Shown here one piece after another: positions 56,701 to 64,000 of a stretch of 64,000 bases of DNA (position 1 is the first letter of the stretch; the number at the start of each line of letters is the position of its first letter). The translations under genes were made by a program, and so were the position numbers. The notes under the pieces were generated by a model. That model saw nothing but the letters and a program-made list of their open reading frames with translations, ran no database searches and had not been told where the DNA came from. This DNA comes from Trichoplax adhaerens (taxonomy: Eukaryota > Animalia > Placozoa), in NCBI RefSeq assembly GCF_000150275.1, contig NW_002060944.1, forward strand, positions 5,617,102 through 5,681,101. The letters run 5' to 3'.

Positions 56701-59700
56701 TAATACAAGGAATATTAATATATGCTATTCATTAACATGCCTAACAGCTAATACGCTAGGCGATTAAGATTGTACTCAAGCTAACATTTATTAAGTAAAA
56801 GAATATAAACTTTCTTCTTATTAAGCTTATCAAAATCGCAAAGTCTGCCATTATATTAAAATATATCAAATAAATAAGTAACTAGGCATTTACTCCAAAC
56901 CTAAGCTTTCCTGCAATCCTATACTATTTTGTCATTATCGAATTATTTTATAATATTTTTCAAATACCACAGCTTTTTGAGCATACTTTTACTAATTTAA
57001 GTTGACAAATTTATAGTAGCTTATCTTTATTAACCTAAGATAATTTTTATTTTCCGACTAGGAGATCATTTGGGTCCTATTTTTATTATGCTAATTTGGC
57101 AATTTATATGATATTCCTTGCCTTATTATCGTACTTTGTTGTGGATGTTAGAAGTTCATCTTACAATAGTACCCTTGTACGTGCTTTTTACCCTAAAGTG
57201 GCACCCACTACCGATCCTCCAGTGCATGTAACTGAATGGAGTAATCCAATCACTACTATAAATACAACATGGCCCTCTATATTCACTACAGAAGTGACAG
57301 AAGATACGATCGACGAAGATGATATTATTGTAATCCCAATTAAATTTTATCTGTACAAATCAATTATAATGTTGGTATGAAACCGATATTATTTGCCACA
57401 TTAATTGCTTAATGTATCAATTTTAATCTTCAATAACAGAAAAAAAAGCCTATCAACTATGCTATTCAAATTTTAGTTATTATATTCGTCAGCGTTAATC
57501 TTAGTAAAGAAGCATATCAAGTTTTTCATAAGGTAAGCTAAATTTTATACCTGGAAAGATCTCTAAAAGGTGATGATGGTCTGCTACTCGTGCGATCCTT
57601 ATCTCAACATTCTGTTATATCATCTTTAAAATGCAGAGTATTTTTAATACTGTATATTAATTCGTGATTATGCAGCCAAAACTGGTTACCTTACCTTTAA
57701 CAGCAAGATATTTAGCATATCATAGTGATAAGCCAGGTGTTACTTTATGATTTATTCGTCAATTTACTCCATCATTGAAGATAGGATTTACTATTTAACG
57801 ATTATTTTTGACTAATTACAGGTCTTGCTAATTAAGATTTGAAATATCACATATAGCACGATACTATCCCAGTTTCCAATATATCATTTTCAACAAGCTA
57901 GCAGTCGATATGATTTCTAATACACGAATGGTAAATTCATCCAACTAGCTCACTAATGATACTAAGGCTTACACTTTTCTATCTTATGGTAATAACAGCA
58001 ACATATTATTAAAGCACCGATGCTGTTAGCCTATGAGTTCTTATCTTACAAGACTTGTCACGTGTTTACTCTTTGCATGCTAGAATATTTATAGTAATTA
58101 TCTTGACATACGATGCATAATCAATTACTGTTAGGATCAAACCCCTTAGAGCTTAGTTTCCCCTTAAAAACTTGGAATGAAATAAAGTGTATTAAACCAG
58201 CTCATGAGCTCTAGAGGAAGCATATATACAGCAGTAAGAAATATCTGGCTGTGAATTTTCTTTCAATGTCTTGCTTTGTGTAGAATATATATACCCGTCT
58301 ATTTGAATGAGAACTTACTAGGATGGAGTAATAATGCCGGCTTTTGAGCAGTTGTGATACTTAATTAATATGCTACAGTACTATAGTACTATCTGAATCA
58401 GCCAGATACTGAAAAAGAATTATCAACGTTAGTGACTCACTAAATTTTTTTTGTAATCAGTTACAATTTTTAAAGTACCAAGCATATTTCCCTTCTCATA
58501 AGGCTTCCTAAATAAGAATTTGATAATTTTGGAATCTCAACTATATATTAACAGATAATTATGATTATCATATAGTGTTAGCTTAGTGTTCTTTTTTCAA
58601 ATCAGTTATAAAGATGTGATTGTTATTGATTTAAAAATGTAATGACTCTTTCAGTTATCATTCAACTTTTTCGAAAACTATTTGTAGGGTCTTAGATATT
58701 TTCGATCAGGAACAAATTACATTGAGCTCTGCATGTACGGATTTTCCTTGTTTCTGATGATCCGGCCGGGCCGTTCACCGGATGCGATGCAATGGATTTG
58801 TGGCAGTTTAGCTATTTGGCTGGCTTGGGTTAATATCTTGCTATTCTTCGAAAGGTAACAAAACTAATCTATTTAATGACTGACTTACGTTAGATCGATT
58901 CTAAATGCTATCTCAGAGTACAATTTAATCATTACAATTATTAACAGTTAAATATTTTCAACTTAGGATATCATCTCTTGGCATTTATGTAATCATGTTG
59001 AAGACAGTACTATACACCTTTCTTAAGGTTAGAATTTTCACATAGTATTACTACACTTTTAGCGAAAGAATATCACGTGAGCTAATCAGAATGTACCAAT
59101 TTATAGGTGATGTTCATCGTTATAATTTTCATCGTTGCGTTTGCCTTTGTATTTATTATATTAGCAGAGAATGAGGTAAGCACTAGAGAGTATCCAATTA
59201 AATTAGCTACCCATTTTCACTTCTTTTAACATTCATATCTTGATGAAAATGGCTGAACGCCAGCATATACTTCATTCGTATAAGGATTAAATTAATTAAT
59301 TGATCTTGATGAAACAGCTGAACGCCAGCATATACTTCATTCGTATAAGGATTAAATTAATTAATTGATCTTGCTAGAAAGTATCAGTTTTTTAGCTACC
59401 TTTTATTATCATCGTATGGTCTAGTATACGCGGACATCAACAGCTGTGTAAATTAGAAGCTTTCAATGTACTATAACATCATAAATAAGCAAAATTACCA
59501 ATTCCTATCGGTCATAATTACTCTTAATCTAAAAGAATCTTACAGTTCTCTTTTTCGGTAGCTTTTGAATATGGTTCCAATATGCGTGGATCTAAAAGAA
59601 ATTTATCTTATTAATCTAACTAGCGATTAACATCTACACTAGATCAGACTAAGTCTTTCAGTGTCGCTAAAATTGCAGGTTACAGTAATTGATTACTTTA

Positions 59701-61668
59701 CTCAAAATTTTATCATTTATTTAGTCTTAAGAATATCTCCAATCGCAATAATAGTGTTGCAGTATATGTATTAATATGCATCTCTGACTAATGTACAAGT
59801 TTTAGTTCTGCTTAGTGCTATTCGGAAATACATTAGATGTCATATTTAGCATTACATCACTACGAAATATATATTCTTACTACCGTTAAAAGGAAAGTAA
59901 ATTGTTTCTTTTCGCTGCTTTTTCAATCATAGGACGTCTACGGTAGTTTTTCTCTATCTTGCATTAAAGTCCTCAATATGATGGTCGGCGAAATCGATTA
60001 CAACGATATTTTTGTTCCTGCGATTACTAACAAAACTATACCCTATCCTTACAATTATATGACAATGATTACTTTGATTGTCTTCATGTTTCTTATGCCT
60101 ATCCTGCTAACTAATTTAATGGTAAGTAAATAAAAACTGAATTATTTGAGCCGGACGTGATGTTCGTAGTATATTTCTAAAAACGTCCTTTTTCTATATT
60201 AGAGAAATCAATTTACCTTTCATGTAATAAATAATATGCTGTTTGCTATATGTACTTACTAGATCGGTTTAGCCATTGGAGACATTGATCAAATTCAAAA
60301 ATCTGCGAATTTAAGACGGTTAGCTAATCAAGTAGACTTCCTTGATGATCTTGAACGATCAATACCAGCATATTTAAGAAAGAAATTTCATAAATCCATG
60401 GCCATTAGATACATCAATTCTTTGCCATACAAGGTTTGTAGTAAGGATATCTTGCACTATATTCAATGATAAATAGCATCTTGTAAGGGAAGTAACTAGA
60501 ATTTTAGAAGTAAAAGATGAATAGCAATATGGTCCTCAGCTAAGGTTTATTTACTAATGATTTACTATTTAATATATTAATTTCTTGTTCTAGTTGTACT
60601 CTTTAATTTATGGTGATGTTACCGACAACAACGAAAGTAGTCTAGAACCAAACGACGAACAATTTAGAAAAATTTTTACAGAGTTGGATTCCCATCAGCA
60701 TCAGTAAGCCAATATAAGCTGTATATTGTAACAATATGTAACTTAAAGATTTTCCTATCAGTTATAATTAGGTTTAAAATCATTTCAAAAGTAAAACAAT
60801 TTGACTGATTACTATTGATTGATATAAAGACATTCGAATCTTATGATGAGTTGGATGTTTAATTTTTAACATTTGGTAATCATAATCTAGAAAAATCGAG
60901 TAGTTTACTGCTACAAAAGTTAAGGCTTCTGAGCATTTCTCAAAATGTATGATAAATGAATCAACTTCGAACCTGAATACTTCACAGTTAAACCACAACA
61001 ATATTAACCTGTATTAACTTCTTATCAATTCTATTTTTAGATTTTGATAGATTAATCATAATTATCGCTGTATACCTCATGTACTACAGTATTTTGATTT
61101 TACTTATTAGATAGAAGAGAAATTTCCATTTTATCAATTCTTTGCAAGCTATGATTAGCATTAGGATTATCGTATTGTTAATATACTTATTCTATAGTAC
61201 TTTAGCAACAATCCCATCAATTTCATCAGATAGAAGAGAAATTTCAATCTTCAATTTTTCCTCTATTCATATTTTTGTAGACAAGCTACGCAGAAGTTAA
61301 GGACACGATTGATTAATCATAACAGATATTATCACTGTATTCGATATAGACTATTTCAACAAACCATTTTAACAATTTTATCAGATAGTATTAGGCTTTT
61401 AATAATTTATTTTGCTCTAATTTACCGCTAGTTCGCGGAGCATAGTTATAAATAAGATGTAGAACAGCATACAACCGACTATAAAGGATGTACTATTTAC
61501 ATCATGCCATAACGTAACATCCTCAATTTATAACCTTAAAGATATTTTTCTGATTGCAGGATGAAAAATCTCTCGCTACAAGTAGATAAAGTGCTCAAAC
61601 TATTATCCGATAGAAAATGTGATAAAGAACATGATTCACTACTTGAGAGCTTGCAAACACCGATTTGA
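50739..61668 (+). CDS. TRPA1-like: TRPA1-like channel, paralog 5 (most divergent from 1-4, most like canonical TRPA1)
   Basis: Probable first exon 50739-50804 (MRENRKSR...HDIFW) splices to 51613 (AAKSGDIELIEK), giving an extra degenerate N-terminal ankyrin repeat; 16 further repeats follow. Also present: ELLNHQLSKVLLDSKW, S4 QWICGSLAIWLAWVNILLFFER, filter NMMVGEIDY and IGLAIGDIDQIQK. Last exon 61560-61668 ends LQTPI-TGA. The start is less certain. Confidence 0.92.
59237..59373. repeat. 66-bp tandem duplication in an intron of paralog 5
   Basis: atcttgatgaaa..gctgaacgccagcatatacttcattcgtataaggattaaattaattaattg occurs at 59237 and 59303, nearly identical. Confidence 0.9.
61030..61395. repeat. 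Degenerate repeat in the last intron of paralog 5
   Basis: agatagaagagaaatttc at ~61109 and ~61228; gattaatcata..attatc.ctgtat at ~61050 and ~61311. Confidence 0.55.
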
Positions 61669-62395
61669 GTACCCCAATGTGTGAATGTTGAATTTTAACG
61701 AACTTTTATTTTAGCAACTGTTACTAAACAGGAAGTTATATTCTGCCCCTTTTAAATAATTTAATACTAATCAGCGGTAATTAAAATTTGCTATACGTTT
61801 GGTATGATATTAGCTGGATATTATTAATCAACAGGTAAACATTTTCCTACCAATTCTAGTGTATAACTTATTTTAATCATCTAGCGTGTAGACGTTGGCG
61901 TAGGATGCGTTACTATCACTAGATATTCGTCAAGGTTTATATTAATAAGCTAAGAAGTAATTCGTAAAATTTAAAATATTATCTATAATACGTTAAAATT
62001 GTAGGCGTAGCCGTAAATTGTACTTTGATTATTCAGATAAAATTTTCTCTGCATAGATCCGAAAGTTATAATCGCTATCTTATTATCTATCTCAAATAAT
62101 CAGTTAATAAAAATACTGGCCATAAGTTAATTTACGACTGCATCACAAAAATAAAAGTCTGTAATGATGTCATCTAATTACAGTAGTTACCGGGTATGTG
62201 TTAGAGTAAAAACCCACACACTACAAACTCCTTCTATGTCTTCTTGCTGTAGTACTGGAGGATACAGTTAAGTTGTTTAGGTGAAATGGACCTGCTATAG
62301 AGCTATTTTAGGCATTCCTGCTATCCGATATAGTAAGTTTGGTGCAATTAAACATAATTAATTATTAGAAGCAGAATTCCAGCATCGCTGTAGTT

Positions 62396-62982
62396 TTAAA
62401 TTTTATTGAACAACGGTGGAAATCTAAGTCTAGACTTAATCAGAGATTTGAGCTGGACCTGTAATGATAGCAGTCAATGCCGAGCCTATAAATATTCTAG
62501 TTGTACTGTATCTTAAAGACTTCGTTCCATAGCTTCTCCAAGTTATAACAAGTGTGCTTGATTATAGCCAACAGTCTAGTACTGAAGATCTCGATCCTTT
62601 TCTATGCAGTGAAGACTTAGGCTACATTTTTAAAATAAGCACCTTATAAACTATAAATAATAAGTTACAGAATTAGTTTTGATATTTTCCACTACAGACC
62701 TCATAACTGAATCCATCTATGAGGAATTGTTTAGCCTGTCGGTATATAATATCTACAGCAGAGAATACTTAGTGCAAACAATTCTAGGCAATCTTTGAAC
62801 AAATATCTGATCTTACTTGCCTAATTTTAAGAGAGGTAATGACTGATTCATGCGTATAAAATAAAACTCACAGCTAAAAAGATCTATTACAGGGAATACC
62901 TGCTGTATATCACCTAACTACAATATTAGGTAGTCCTTAATTAAGGAAGTAATACTCGTTTTCGGACTTTAGTCACACTTGT
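62396..62982 (-). CDS. Putative 3' end of a minus-strand micro-exon gene (unidentified)
   Basis: AG/GT-bounded phase-0 segments 62982-62956, 62735-62700, 62556-62521 and 62458-62396 join to TSVTKVRKR-AKQFLIDGFSYE-HTCYNLEKLWNE-VQLKSLIKSRLRFPPLFNKI*. Found by eye, so subject to selection bias. Confidence 0.25.
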
Positions 62983-64000
62983 CTAATTTTATAGATGGCT
63001 TCGACAAAGATTAGTGCATCAAAATTTAATCTTGCGGCTGAATAGGTTAACTACTGCAGAGTATAGCATAGCTACGTATAAGCTAAAATAGCTTTTCGCC
63101 AGTTTTATTACACATTTAAATCCATACTTACAGAGTTACTACAGTAACAGTTATATCCAATTATAATTTCAAGGCTATCTTTCGTCAGACATAAACGAAG
63201 CGGATAGAATATTAGATCCTCCATTTTAAAATTAATGAGTTATAAGCAATGAAGTAAAGTATTTCAGATATTAATTTTTTTATTATAAAAGTAGAGTCAT
63301 CTATCAAAATTGCACCAAATATAAGATTAATAACAGATTGATTCTTAAAGCTATTGGGACTTTATCAGGTAAGCTATCTTTCTGAAGATCGTTTCTATGC
63401 CAATTAAATGCTCCAGAATTGTTCAATCTGGTTATTATCCTTGCAGAATAATATTTTATGCTATAAGATCGTATAAAAAATATTCAGTAATATTAAATCA
63501 CTCGACTATAAAATCAATGACTAATTAATCTGTTCTCCTGACTAATTGAATTTTATTGTGTACGGCACATTCTTTACCTCAATATCATTTTCATCTCAAT
63601 CTGATGTTATAAAAGTTATTGCAGCAAAACACTGTTACTATCCATATTCAAGTCGAAGACTATATTAATTTTATCGCCTGCTATCTTAATATTATAACAG
63701 CGGTTATAGTAGTTAATACTTAATTATTTTGGATCAGGTAATCCAATATTTTTATACATGCAACTAATGTATTCAATCGCTATGACGTCAGTCATAAAAT
63801 TTGTTCCATATGCTTCCAGTTTTTAACTATTTGATTATACTTTATAATATCAATGCTTCTGATCTTGATCTAGTATTTAGCTGATGCTTATATAGAAAGA
63901 AAAATAATAATTAATTCAATGAAACCATATTGTCAACCATTAAAATGTTTATGCGAATTGAAGAACAATTTATACCAAATACTTGTACCAATACCTACTA

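Noticed and set aside
1-61668. Assignment to TRPN/NOMPC or TRPV
   Set aside because: About 16-17 ankyrin repeats (not ~29 or ~6) and the NLxIGLAVGDI S6 motif without a WKF TRP box point to TRPA.
62413-62428. 15-bp reverse-complement match to 5758-5772
   Set aside because: Matches of this length are expected by chance in 64 kb of AT-rich DNA.
1-64000. Treating the short ORFs in the track as separate small genes, or as a bacterial operon
   Set aside because: The + strand ankyrin and TM ORFs are single exons read through into introns; they splice at GT/GC-AG into five long proteins.

Overview
AT-rich, intron-dense eukaryotic (animal) genomic DNA. Short GT-AG introns, many small exons and few repeats suggest a compact basal-metazoan genome such as a placozoan, but the organism cannot be proven from sequence alone. 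Almost the whole window is a head-to-tail tandem array of five TRPA1-like cation channel genes on the + strand: gene 1 <1-10498 (5' end outside the window), gene 2 11529-23185, gene 3 ~25880-35484, gene 4 37844-47337 and gene 5 ~50739-61668. I spliced the exons by hand. Each complete gene has about 26 coding exons with shared intron positions and phases. Each encodes about 16 ankyrin repeats, the LLxHP..KW pre-S1 segment, six TM helices, a GE-type filter, the NL(L/M)IGLA(V/I)(G/D)DI S6 signature, a TRP-like helix and a short coiled coil (about 1080 aa for gene 2). I found no frameshift or in-frame stop in any copy. The S2-S3 Ca2+ site is conserved in all five, whereas the canonical electrophile-sensing cysteines are mostly lost. 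The extracellular S1-S2 loop is S/T-rich and hypervariable, and several GC-AG introns switch GT/GC between paralogs. Non-coding elements include two ~96% identical solo LTRs with perfect 5-bp TSDs, a 17-bp motif shared upstream of genes 2 and 4, and several tandem repeats. Weak evidence suggests small minus-strand genes between genes 2 and 3 and after gene 5.
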